The notes below the pieces were generated by a model. That model was not told where the DNA came from. It did not search any database and was given only the letters and a program-made list of their open reading frames with translations. The position numbers and the translations under genes were made by a program. Shown here in pieces: positions 1-12,100 of a stretch of DNA of 64,000 nucleotides; position 1 is the stretch's first letter, and each line of letters opens with the position of its first letter. This DNA comes from Tubulanus polymorphus (taxonomy: Eukaryota > Animalia > Nemertea). The DNA is taken from positions 21,570,950 to 21,634,949 of the forward strand of contig NC_134029.1 of the NCBI RefSeq assembly GCF_964204645.1, given 5' to 3'.

Positions 1-41
1 TGAAGTTTGATTCTCTCATTAATTGATATTATTGACTGTAC

Positions 42-1776
42 CTTGTCTACATACATCTGTCCTATGGCGAAAACTGAATCTAAATGTGATGAGAATTTTT
101 TCCACAGTTGAGTCGGATAATACCTGTACACAGGCATATTGTACATGAGGGGCTGCATGCTTTTAAAGAATTCGAGTAAATTGTAGAGGAACTCTTGGGC
201 TAACATTGACGGCGGTTCCTGAAAACAGCCGATTCTCGTGTCAAACAAGAACGTACACACAGCTGAAAAACAGTCATTTTCCATGTCTTAACCATAAAAC
301 GGGTAATCAATTTACTAGCATAAAAAGATAGAAAAATAGGAATTGGTCTTCGTCGTGCCGAGGGTAATTTCAACAAATTGGGATAACCATCGGATACTAG
401 ATAAAGTGTAGGAACATAGTTGAATTCCCGGAACACCATAAATCAAAAATTCGTGACAGGAAATAATCTTCATCTCTGTGGATAAGAAAATTCAGATAAA
501 AGTGTCGCAATATCGTTGAAAAGTTCAACAATTAATGTCAAATATAGTTCGAACAACCTACAAGAACTTTTAACCTCCTACGCTTATAAACATAAACTGA
601 AATTTGAGTTAATATCTAGATCCTTACATTCCATGGCCCATTTGAAGACTTCAAACTCTAGTTCGGGTACTTCCGATGTTGTCGGATCTTTGATCTTATC
701 GATCCTAGTTACGAGATCTGTAGCTACGTCACTCATGACGTCAGTGAATCGGGCTACTTCCTGTATCCGTAACATCTTTTTACTGATTATCGACCGTTGA
801 TTTCTCCATTCTTCGCCTTGACTAAATACGAAAAATATCATTCCCAATACTCTGGTACACGATATAATATTTCTCTACAACTTATTCATCATTAAACGAT
901 TTGTAATCAATTTACATCCGAGACTTACGCATTGACAACTCCAAGACCCACATCTCTAACATGTGAACGGTAATATGCCAGTGGTTCCAGGGGTTTGCGG
1001 TTCGGATATTTTCCTTCGTTAAAAATCACTTTATTGTACTGTTCGGGGTCGCTTATAACGATATTTGTCACGTGTCCCAGTCGCTCTTTGAATATAGGTC
1101 CGTATTTCTGGGCCCTCAGTTGATAGACCTTTTTTTAAAAGAAAGATAGATCACACGTAAAATTGTTCGATATGATTATAGCCACTCAATACCAGTATTT
1201 GATTAAAAAGGAACTTCGTTCTTACAAAACCCAAACAACTATATATCATGTCATCCTTCCGTGTGAAAAAAAAAAAATCTATTGATCACGTGATTTGATT
1301 TATGTATTTAGATAGCTACGTAGAATATATTTTCATTCAAATTACCTCAAACATTTTCTCAAACGTATATCCTCCTGGTTTTATGTAGTCCCACAACGAG
1401 CCGATAAATGGCAAGCCCCTAGGACCTGGTATCTTGCTGAATGGTTTGGGTACCGGGAGAGCAGCCGCTGATACCTGTATGAAATCACGAGGACGTAAAG
1501 AAATGGTTTCAACATAATCAGTAGGGATTATCAAACTCTGAGATTCTTTGGACCCGAAAAAAGAAACAAATTGACCCAGGGAAAATAGCTATAAAATCGC
1601 TTCCCTTTCAACACGATGAAAAATATCAAAATGCTGTTCTTTTTCCTTACCTTGGCATTTTTAGTATCTATCACCTGTGTAGCTAGACCCGATGTCGTAG
1701 ACAACATACAAATGCTGCTGTTTTCATTCCATAATTTTCTTATTCTACCAATTCTATTTGTCCAAATGAAACTCAT
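42..1776 (-). CDS. Mitochondrial-clan cytochrome P450, CYP10-like (5' part; gene continues off the left edge)
   Basis: Frame-consistent GT-AG exons 1776-1651, 1474-1346, 1128-929, 821-628, 262-42. Basic targeting peptide MSFIWTNRIGRIRKLW, proline hinge KPFSKIPGPRGLPFIGSLW, YGPIFKE, C-helix GEEWRNQR, and FKWAMESVCTFLFDTRIGC...FFKSMQPLMYNMP, which resembles molluscan CYP10 as I recall it. The heme motif lies outside the window. Confidence 0.88.
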
Positions 1777-2920
1777 AGTTTTGGAACACATTTTCGATCG
1801 GAATTAATAAGAGTTATTTTCAATGATTATTTCTAGCAATTTATCAGGTCTACTGCTTCCAGCGGTAAGCAGATATATCAGAATGAAACGCCTATCCGTA
1901 CAGTCATTATATTCGATGGATTTGATTCGGTCCTCGGGATCAGTCTGGGGTCGGTTGTAACCTATCATTATGACGTAGACTTCAATCCCGAATTGCTCAC
2001 ATCGCCACAGACCTCCCATGGTAGAATTTGATTAAAGCCTGGGTCTAAGCGGATCAATGTTACTGCGTCTAATTAAATATCTAATTGTTTTCGTGCATAT
2101 ATCAAATGTACCGGTACATTTATTTGAGAAATATCAATTGAAAGCTATGTACACAAACTTAGCTTGAATTTAATGATAAATGTACAAAATGAGCCGAGGA
2201 TATTTACAGATCTGTACGATCGTGGATCAATTAATTTGATTTTTGGAGGAAGGACTCCCCGCCCTGTAAACCACTAGCGTTTCGATCATGTCGTGTTTAT
2301 TTCTTTCGAAAGTATCACGGGACAGCAGGCTGAACCAGTATTTCGAGCTCCCTGGATGAAATGGGTGAATTGATTAGTGACGTTAATACCTCGTATTTCA
2401 CTTTGTAGCAGGGGATTGTGAACATAGAAGTTTTTTTCTATTATGCGTTTAGATTTACAGAAATATTACCTGCAGGCTCACGATACAGGTTCGTCTCACA
2501 CACAGTGTGGGGTCTTCGGTGATATTCGGTACCGAAAACTTACGAGTGCTAATTGGGCATGAGTAATGTGATTAGCCCTATTTATTTAGAGAAATTCAAA
2601 TCAGCACAAACCCTCATGATTTATTCAACAGCACAGCACGAGTTATATACAATGTATAGAGGTTCACTGAAGTGTAACAGACCTTGTAAACGACAAAAAC
2701 ATAAGGGGTTTAGTCGAAGGCTAAAGGCTATGATTATTCTTTTTCAATTTGCTAAGAGAAGATAACAAATATTTGGAAATACTTGTAATTGTGCTAAAGA
2801 ATCTCAGGTAATCTCTTTTGATACATCTTTCAGTAATATGCATTTTTCCGAAGAAATATAGAGCGTCGTTGTGTAATAAATGGTAAAGAAATGTTACATG
2901 TACCGATCATCTGCTGATAT

Positions 2921-3130
2921 TGACGTCAATGATAAATCTTACGTACTGTAAATATTTGAAATAATTTGAAATAAACAACCAATATACCGGTACATGACCT
3001 GTTTATTGTTTATCACGTCAATTATCAATATATTTGATATGACGTAGGACTTCAATAACTTATAAATGCATGCATATGGTTTAAACTTCGGTCAGAGTTA
3101 TTCATTAGCGGGTAGTCAATAGATTGTCAG
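2921..3130 (+). promoter_or_regulatory. Perilipin promoter and non-coding first exon
   Basis: CRE TGACGTCA 2921-2928, further TCACGTCA and TGACGT half sites, TATAAAT 3061-3067, splice donor CAG|GTATGC after 3130. Confidence 0.55.
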
Positions 3131-3445
3131 GTATGCATGTATACTATGTAGTTTTGATATAATGCTAATGCAGAAATTTCTGTGAAAATTTTGGATGATT
3201 ATTTATATATTAAAGTCCTTCTCTGATGATAGAATCAAAATGGCTTTCGAGTCTCCACAGTGTAGATCATGGCATGTTAGGGTGAAAGCCCCAAAATCAT
3301 GTCATTTAGCGTTCCATTTCGTGAATGAATCAATGTATATATTCGCAATTAAATTCTCGGATTTATTTTTTCGAAAGATCCCTCGAAATTTGGAGTAATT
3401 GGAGTTAATCTGTTCATATTTTCCAGGGCATATACTGAGGTCATA

Positions 3446-6400
3446 ATGTCCGGTGATGCAGTGCACAGGATTGGAAACTATCCCGTGGTCATTTCCGCCG
3501 TATCCCAAGTCACAAACCTGTACGATACGGTGAAAAATACAAACGGCGTACTGAAATATACACTTGAATCAGCCGAGGTTGTTTCTGGAAAACTAACAGG
3601 AGCTACTGTTCCCGTAGTTACAACAAGGCTGCACGGAACAAGTAAGTTAGAAATATGTTCCTAACGTAATATTCCTCGTCGGAACCAACGAAGCTTGTAC
3701 ATGTTTGTTACATGAGATATTTGAAAAATCATTATCTGCTTTGGAGTTTATTTCTGTTCGATAAACGTTAATTACCTGGTTGCTTTCTAGTTGAAAATCT
3801 GGATAAAATTGCTTGTCATCAATTAGACAAATTAGAAAAGAATTATCCGATCGTTACTGAACCAACCGATAAGGTAAATAATTCGGATATTGTTTTGTTC
3901 TAATTTCCTTATACGAATAACTATTTCATCCGTGCTTCTTAACTTCACATTTACGAGCCATGGATAAAGAATGTATTTTCATCGTACAGGTTTTGGAAGT
4001 TCCATGGAAAGTGTACGAATCAACGTTGAAACCTACAGTTGATAGAGTATCTACAGTTTCTAAATACGGTCTGGACACTGTCGACGCAGTCACCACGTAT
4101 ACCAGCAATAAAGTTGAAAATGCGAAACATTTCACAACATCATCTATCGTTGATATGAAAGATTACAGTCTGGAAAAGGCCGTGCAAATCAAAGACTTTG
4201 GGATTCTGAAGATCGACGAGAAGCTGAAAACTCCAAATGGTCAGAAAGTAGCCGCTAAATTAGACTGTGTGATGGATGTTGTGGATCGGTACATCGATTC
4301 TTATTTTCCCGCTGCAGAAGGTAATCTAATGATATGCTAATTCTCTGTTCTGTTCGTCACTAAACTCTCCTAGGAAAAATTCTTGATCGTCGGTTTCATT
4401 GTCAAATTCTCGTGTACATAATGGTGTCAATTCGCCGTCACCGCGTGTCAAATACGTGCATGTTTGTCGTAAATGCCAAACGCTTGTTTGCACAGAATGG
4501 CCCAAAACTGATCTATATGGTTAATCTAAAGATTTCGCATGAACGGTCATTAGAATGATTGTTTGGTGCCGCTTTCAGCATGATACACCAGGGGATATGA
4601 TCACCTAAGATGATAATGCCTGATTACATTTGGTGCCATGACCACGATTTTTGGGTTCAACGGGTATTGCATGTTATTACGAACTATTCAATCAATGCCA
4701 CAAAAAAGGCCAGAAAAATTCAAGTATTTACCAATGAAATAATGAACAGGATACAGTTTTATTAGGAAATCGAATTCCAGAAAATCGTGTCCTTTGTAAA
4801 TCAAACGGTACTTCTGCATGCATACTTTGAATGGAAAACCCGCTGAAAATCTGACAGGGAAAATGTAGATTGCCAAAGAAAAAAATGATCGTCTACGTGA
4901 AATGATTGCAGTTGTTCCTATTTCGGACTTTGAATTCCAACAACTTGGGAAAATTGGACTTTGTTTTGTCGGTCAATTGTAATGTTTATTTTGTCAGGGG
5001 AGACAGGTCAACAACAAACCGGAGAAATGAACACAGTCACCCGCTTCAAAAGACTGAGCGCCAAAATCCAAGAACGCATTTTGAAACGAGCTTTGCATCA
5101 ACTATTGAACACCAGCAAAAGAGCCTCCGGAATTCTTACAGACCTAGTTCAAACTGTTGACCTGGTAAGGGGGCGGTCAATGATTATGAAAAAGCGAAAC
5201 CTTTCGCCCCCCACGACTGAAATCAATTCTGCCAAATGCATTATTTCAAAAAAGAACAAATGATATTTACCCTTTCGAATCTAGTCTACATTTCGTTCAG
5301 TTTGGTGTGAGTCAATAGATTTATAAACGACACGTAACATCCTTGTTTTGCACTCTAGATTCAGGACTTCAGACTGAACTTCGATAAAGCTAATGATAAG
5401 TTTTGGAGCGTCGTGCACGCAGTGAATGATTACGAAAATACGAATGAGTCAACACCTAAAAATCAGGTTTGATAATTTAAAATCGTCCAGAATATCGATT
5501 CATTGCGAAATACCCGTGTGTCTTCGAATTCTATGATAAATTTAGCTATTTTGGTTGCCTTATTTTACAATTAGAATCATCTGACAAAATTGAAATCCTT
5601 TGATTTTGTTTCGATCGTTTTGCAGTTCATAATTATTTCGATAATATTTCAGACATTCGAGCAGAAAGCCATCAAAAGGGTCCAGCAGCTTACTTACCTA
5701 CTTAAAATGAGCTTCACTGCGGGTAATGAAACAGTCATGAAATTCATTCCAAAACAAGTAGTGGCACTATGGACAATCGTGGCCAGATATACCGAGGATT
5801 TGTACCAGACCTTCAAAAATGTACGGTTCGTTTCTTTCTTTTGAAATTTTTTACCTTCATTCGCAGAACATTAAAAGAAAATTTCTATCGATACTTGAAA
5901 TTTCAGCAAACGAACTTTGATGAATTGTCCAGTCAGTTTTTGGCGAGTGTCCGCCAGAAGATAAGTCACGTAAATAGCATGCTGATACAAATGGCTCATT
6001 TGATTATGAATACATGGCCTATGAATAAACTAATACTAATGGTAAGTTATTGGTGATAAGCTTGGCATTTTGCCCCGACGAGCAACTAATTGCTACCCGA
6101 ATTTTCTATTGGTCGACCCATTTTTCGGAAACGAATTTGAATCAAATCGTATTTTCTTCGAAATTCACTAAATTCATTAAGTTTCGAATATTTCCATCTT
6201 TCACTTCAGAAAGAATCCATTTCCAAAGAGGAGAAACCAATCGTCAGTGAACAAAACGGGAATACGAACGGTGCTTTAGATCTGGAAATGCGCGAGGAGT
6301 TTCCAGCAGAGCAGAATGAGGTACAATTAGGCGATATGAAAACAATTGAAATCAATAAAGCTTGCACAAAATCCAATGCGGGAAATATTTCCGAACCGAC

Positions 6401-7073
6401 TCTAGATTTAGAAATGCAAGAAGAATTCCCGCAAATTGATATCAAAGAAGATGATGATGCGGATGTGAAAGAAGATTCGATGAGAAGTGAATTTGAAAAT
6501 ATCGACATATGGTTACCAGACACAGATGAGTTAATGACATATTCTGATATCAGTAGTATAGGTGAAATTCAGTGGGATGATTTGACTTTCAATGAAACCG
6601 CAGGCGAAAAGGAAGAACCGTCTGATCTAAATGGAAATGACAGCGGCAAGTCTGAAACGCAAACTGATCATGAACAAACTGTGTCTGGTAACTATGAGGA
6701 AAAAGTAGATGATAAACTAGAGGCAGGATGTTGCACCGAAGAGCCGTTAATAACTGAATTGGTTCAACGGAAGACAGTAATCGAGAGTCCTGTGATATTA
6801 GATAACTCGATACTTTCTACTGCTGCGGATGAAAGTACAGATCAATCTGTGATGCTCGAAGTGTTGGATCGAGCGATCGAGGTAGTCGAGAAGGTCAAGA
6901 TAGCTACTTCCGTATTGTCCGATCGGAATTCCGATTCATCGAGTGATAACCTAGCTTCATCCGATCACACCACCCTCATACACGAATGCTTAATACCTAC
7001 CTCAGCAATCTATGATCCTTCACAGCAGTTACCACCACCTCAGCACCAACGGCAATCTAATCAAGCCGAATGA
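3446..7073 (+). CDS. PLIN: Perilipin (PAT-domain lipid droplet protein) with long acidic C-terminal extension
   Basis: Exons 3446-3641, 3791-3873, 3990-4320, 4998-5164, 5359-5466, 5653-5820, 5907-6041, 6210-7073, all in frame. PAT domain AVHRIGNYPVVISAVSQVTNLYDTVK...LESAE and LDKIACHQLDKLEKNYPIV, plus VVDRYIDSYFP. AATAAA at 7634-7639. Confidence 0.88.
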
Positions 7074-7199
7074 AATATCAGGTTGTATTATAAGTTTGCA
7101 TTTCTGAGTAAATAGACGCGATATTGTAATTTCATTTGAAATGTATCATCTTTATCTTGCATTCGAATCAGCTGGTGAATTCAGTCCATTTCCAGCACT

Positions 7200-7324
7200 C
7201 TGGTTCCACAGAGAATGGACAATCCAAAAAAAATCTCCAGAAACGGTCGTATTAGGTAATGCCGATTCGAAGGGACCAAATTATTGAGCTTAGTCCGATT
7301 CATCAGTCTATACTGTGGAACCAG
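7200..7324. mobile_element. Small MITE in perilipin 3' UTR
   Basis: Terminal inverted repeat CTGGTTCCACAG / CTGTGGAACCAG, similar to the CCAGTTCCACAG ends at 42764-43072. Confidence 0.55.
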
Positions 7325-7723
7325 GTCGTGGGGTTACTGAAACTGAAACAAAATATTTCCAGTCATCCCATTAAAAAATTCTCCATGACCAGAATATATA
7401 TATATATATAAAGCAAAAATACATGTATTTTTGCTTTTAGGAACCGGTAAGTGAAGACTCTTGTAACGATTCGGATAAAACAGATTCGGTACCAGTTGAA
7501 AATGGAGAGGTTTCGTCGACGTCTGCTGAAGGTCATCCTCCTTCCACTTAATTTTCCATCCGCTGCTTCTCGATGTATCCTGTACGTCAATAGATATCGC
7601 TTTTCTGTCAAGTTTTTATGTCAGAAGTGTTCGAATAAATACATATATGTATACTGTTGCAATCATCAAGTGTTCCAGTCAGTAAATTTAAAATAAGTAC
7701 CTACCCTATTTACGTTAATTCTA

Positions 7724-7891
7724 CAGTGGAACCTCGTTAAAACTACAACGATTTATCGGTTATTACAAACCTAGAATTTCATCGCAAATAGAACAATTTT
7801 AATAATTCATACTCGAAATAAATAATGAACTATCTCATATTTATAACAGATTTTCTAATCCCCTGAAGTACGTTGTAACGAGGTTCCATTG
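7724..7891. mobile_element. Tc1/mariner (pogo/Tigger-like) MITE
   Basis: TIR CAGTGGAACCTCGTTA / TAACGAGGTTCCATTG flanked by TA on both sides. Confidence 0.8.
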
Positions 7892-9184
7892 TAGATCCTT
7901 TAAAATAAGGATACGGGTAGATTTAAATATTTTGCAGAGCTTTCTAAAGTTAAAGCAGTCAGGTATCCAGTGTCGGGTTACCACATTATCCTTTTACATT
8001 GCCAGGAAAGAGGAAGGACTCCAGAACCCTCGAAGAAACAAAGAAACTCTGACAAGCCATTTTCAAGACGATATACATAACTAGTAATTATTATTTATAC
8101 AATGTTTTTTTTACAATTCACATGCATATAATACATGGACAGGATTAGCAACAAATTTCTACAGCTGAAGAACTAGCCAAAGTTATCTGTATTACGATTT
8201 TTGACATCGAAAAAAAAATTGTTTCTTTAGCAACAGTTAGCTTTGCCTCGATATGAGCATCAGGAAAAATAAGCACAAATAAAATAGCGAATACAATGAA
8301 TGCAAGCGTAGATAAAAATGAAACAAAAATATAATATCAATCCCTTTATTCTCAAACTCCAGTGAAGTTAGCGTCGGTGATATTTAGTTTTTTCTCAAAC
8401 TTGGCAAATTCGTTTTTTACTTAAATTGAAACGGTGAAAACCCATAAATTTTTCTAACAAATTATTATAACCGATCAAGTACTTGAAAGCTTGAAAAAAT
8501 AAAAAGATTCACTGGTATTATCAAGTGCTACCAGGGCCTCAATATATATGTACGCGATTGAAGTGCAGAGTAAGATACAAGCAGATTACATAAATATTAC
8601 GAGCATCCACATCCACACGAGATGGATGAAATAAAGTAAACATTTTCCAGGCATCCTAAACAACTAGCGTAGTACACGTAGTCATATCCATAAATATATC
8701 TAATAGTACATAAAATCCGTAGATTATCATTATACAGATTAAATCCAGTTATTCTCTCAATATTGAATATCCATCATGAATCTAGTTGTTAAAGAATATT
8801 TTCAGGTGCCTCGGTTCTCTGATGTACAAAGGGAATTACATAGCGAGCACTTGTTGATTTCACGCAATACATTACTAATATGTATCCGATTTTTAAAAAT
8901 TCATAATATTAAATGATATGAATTGATCGAAACGTCTAAACGACTTATTTTCAACAATTTTTACATAAATTAGAAATGATATTTATATTCTAGTCAAATG
9001 CAGTAGACTCCGCTCAAGTCGGACCATAAAATGTGTCCGCCTCAAGCATTATCTGAGTTGGATGTTATGTTTTTCTTAAATAGTGTCACAAAAAATATTT
9101 CAACAAACATCCGAATTGAACGGTTATCCGAGTTGATCGGATCCGACTCGAGTAGAGTCTATCTACTGTCTGTTGTATATAGGA

Positions 9185-12100
9185 TTAACACGCCGCCATT
9201 GTTATTCCTTTCTGTTTGTGGATATCGGATGGATTCAATTTCATCATCATTTGATGGCAATCTTGCAGCGAACGTTTATCGCCGAGACTTTTACAAACTT
9301 TCACCGCCTCCGCGATCATGTCGACCTGCTGCCCGGGCGACGACAGTACTTGCGTCGGTAAATGTCGACACGCCAGTAGTAAAGCTGCCGCGCGATCTCG
9401 CAGTTCGAACTTCGTCTCGACGATTTCAACTCGTTCTGAAATCAGATAATCAATGTTAGATATAGTTAAGTTTATGAATTAGGTACAAGAATGCTATAAA
9501 AATGAATACATGTAGCATACACAAGACCACTTGTCTCTGAACTTAAAACAACAAGTTCCTGCAGCACTTATCCTATAGATACATATTGTTTAGTTAACAC
9601 TTTAATAAAAATATTTCTAACATCTTTGAACAATCCCAAGCAATTTCTTGACTAGTTGATGCTGCCAGCTGGTGGCAGGCGTTGTTACTAAATGATAGTA
9701 AGCCGAATGAACGAAAGCAATCAAGAATTCTTCTCGCGGCAAATGAGGATCCGGACAAAGACTCTCGTATTTCTTCTCGGATTCAATTAAAATCTATTCA
9801 TAACTTTTTAAAATTCTATGGATGATGAATACACAATGAATTGAGCGATGAAGTTTTGACAGAGCTGTTTATGACGGGTTCGTTAGCTCACCTTTCTCAG
9901 CGCGAGATGTACTTTGTCTACGCCTGATAGTCCTGTCCAGTAATTGCTGCGTTTTACTTGGGTTCGCTCCGGCCATTAAACGCGCCGTTGCTTCGTGTAA
10001 GAAAACCTACAAAACGGAGACCGGTTAACTGCTTTATCAAAGTTGTAAAAACAGGATTTTCACAAATTTTCTAGTTCACGACGCTAATACTCACGCGATG
10101 TAAAGCTGGTTTCAGTTTCTGCGATATCTTTCTCAGCGTGTTCAAATCCTGTTGAAACGCCCTCTGCTCGGTCTGACAAACCGTCGTACTCGACACGCTG
10201 TCCGATTCTTTCTCTTGCTGCCAGATGGCGGTGCGAGTCATCAACAACCAGTCCGTTACGACCATCTGTACACTCTGCGAACCGAATGAGACTAGTGTAA
10301 TTTGATATTCGAATTAAATGCAATGACGCTCGAAACTTAAAACCTTAATTGTGTTAACTATCACGTTGCCTTTAATGCGAGATACATTTGACAAATTTTG
10401 AGTGCATTTCTATCCAATCATCATCACAATGAAATCTATAACAGAATGTCATCCTCCGCGTACCGAGTCATTCAGCGCGATGTCGTTAACGCTTTGTTTC
10501 TAGGATTGCACTGCAGATGCATCGCATGAATTTAAACAGAAATGCAATGCAACTACAATGCACCCGAGCTACAAACATGAATTCGTCTTCTTCGCCACCG
10601 TAAGCATTGTCATGCCTGAAATACTAACTGAGAGATGACCGTTGAGGTAAAACCTACCGGGTATAGATGTAAACAACTGCCGCACGTCGGGCTGATCAGC
10701 GAATTCTCCGAGCTGAAACTCTCGCGCAACAATTGTCCCGATTTATCGCATTGTTTCAGAATGTTGTATTCGTGCGACGATTTCTCATTCGTCAGAACGG
10801 ATTTCTTCGCTTTGAACGCCAACAATGCGCTTCTCGCTAACGGATCGCTGAAATAAAAATCGAATGGAATATTACAATCGTACATTTTCCATCATATGAT
10901 GCATTCAGTGTTCTCCATATGCTGGAATTTTTAAAGGGGTTGCATTATTACATTGTGGCTGCTGAAGTAGCTGGTTTTCGATACTTCAAAAAATACAGAA
11001 AATTTAAGCTTAATATTCATGTAATCTTCTATTTGATACATTAGCTCAATATATTTCAAAGTAATTATCTGCATTGATAGAATATTAACATCCATTCTGG
11101 TAGGGGCAGAATATATTTTATCAGGGGTGGCTGATTCTCACATGGGTGGATATAACCCCAATGAAACCTGCTGTGTACCTGTTGTTCTGTAGAACAGCCG
11201 GAAACGATTCGATGATAGGATAAAATCGGGCAGCATTTTTCTCATCACCCGTCAGCCAGTACGTGGCTACCGTTAGAACAGCCGACCACCATTTAGACGC
11301 GACATCACCCACTGCGTAAAATACACGATGATATTGAACAATACTGAATTACAGCCGCTGTACGGAGAACAATAAGAATTCAATTCACAGGCTAATAACG
11401 CGATAATAGCTGTTACAAAGCCAACAGCTGGTTTTAATAGAGACCTAGTAACGATATTCCCAGGTAGACTCAATGATACACAGTACAACGGGCGCTAATA
11501 ACAAGAGCTAGTTCACAATTAAACGAATACGACTTACAATGAGATGTAAAAGGAGTGCTGTAGTCATCGTCGGACTTTTTGTTGCTTTTCGTCGCCGCGT
11601 TTGCGCAGTCGGATAATAACTGTAAATACTCGATCACATCAGTAGATTCTCTGAAATGAATGAATATATTAAACAGACGTGTACACGTAGCATTCAGAAC
11701 AAGTAGAATTATACTATGTTCTAGGCTACCATGAATTTCCTTTAAATCTCTGAAAACCATAATTTTTTCATTTACAGAATTTTGTCTGGTAAAGTTTTAT
11801 TTAGATTAGGTTTGCGCTATAATTTTCAAATTGATCAATTCGCAGTACTGTACATAGCGGTAGTTAGACTTATCCGGAGTATTCGTTTATACTTACTTGC
11901 TATTGTCTGTAGAGCCGATGTTTGGTGTCAGAAGAGTGAACAATGAAATCTCCAGTAAATGTTCCCGATAGGCGCGGGTAACAAATGACAGCGGATTAGC
12001 TGAAACGTTAACATCATAACAATTGAAACACATTTCAATGTTAGTTCAAAATCATTTAACATAAGCCGCCATCACAAAAACGTTTTTGACCCTTTCCAAA

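Noticed and set aside
3222-3305. CTGATGA plus hairpin in perilipin intron 1 as hammerhead or C/D snoRNA
   Set aside because: No correctly placed GAAA/stem III, and no terminal D box with closing stem.
7074-9184. miR-33 target sites in the perilipin or SREBP 3' UTRs
   Set aside because: No CAATGCA seed match found by eye on the relevant strands.
9185-9200. SREBP C-terminus ...MAAC as a prenylation signal
   Set aside because: Cys is terminal, not at -4; not a CaaX, CC or CXC motif.
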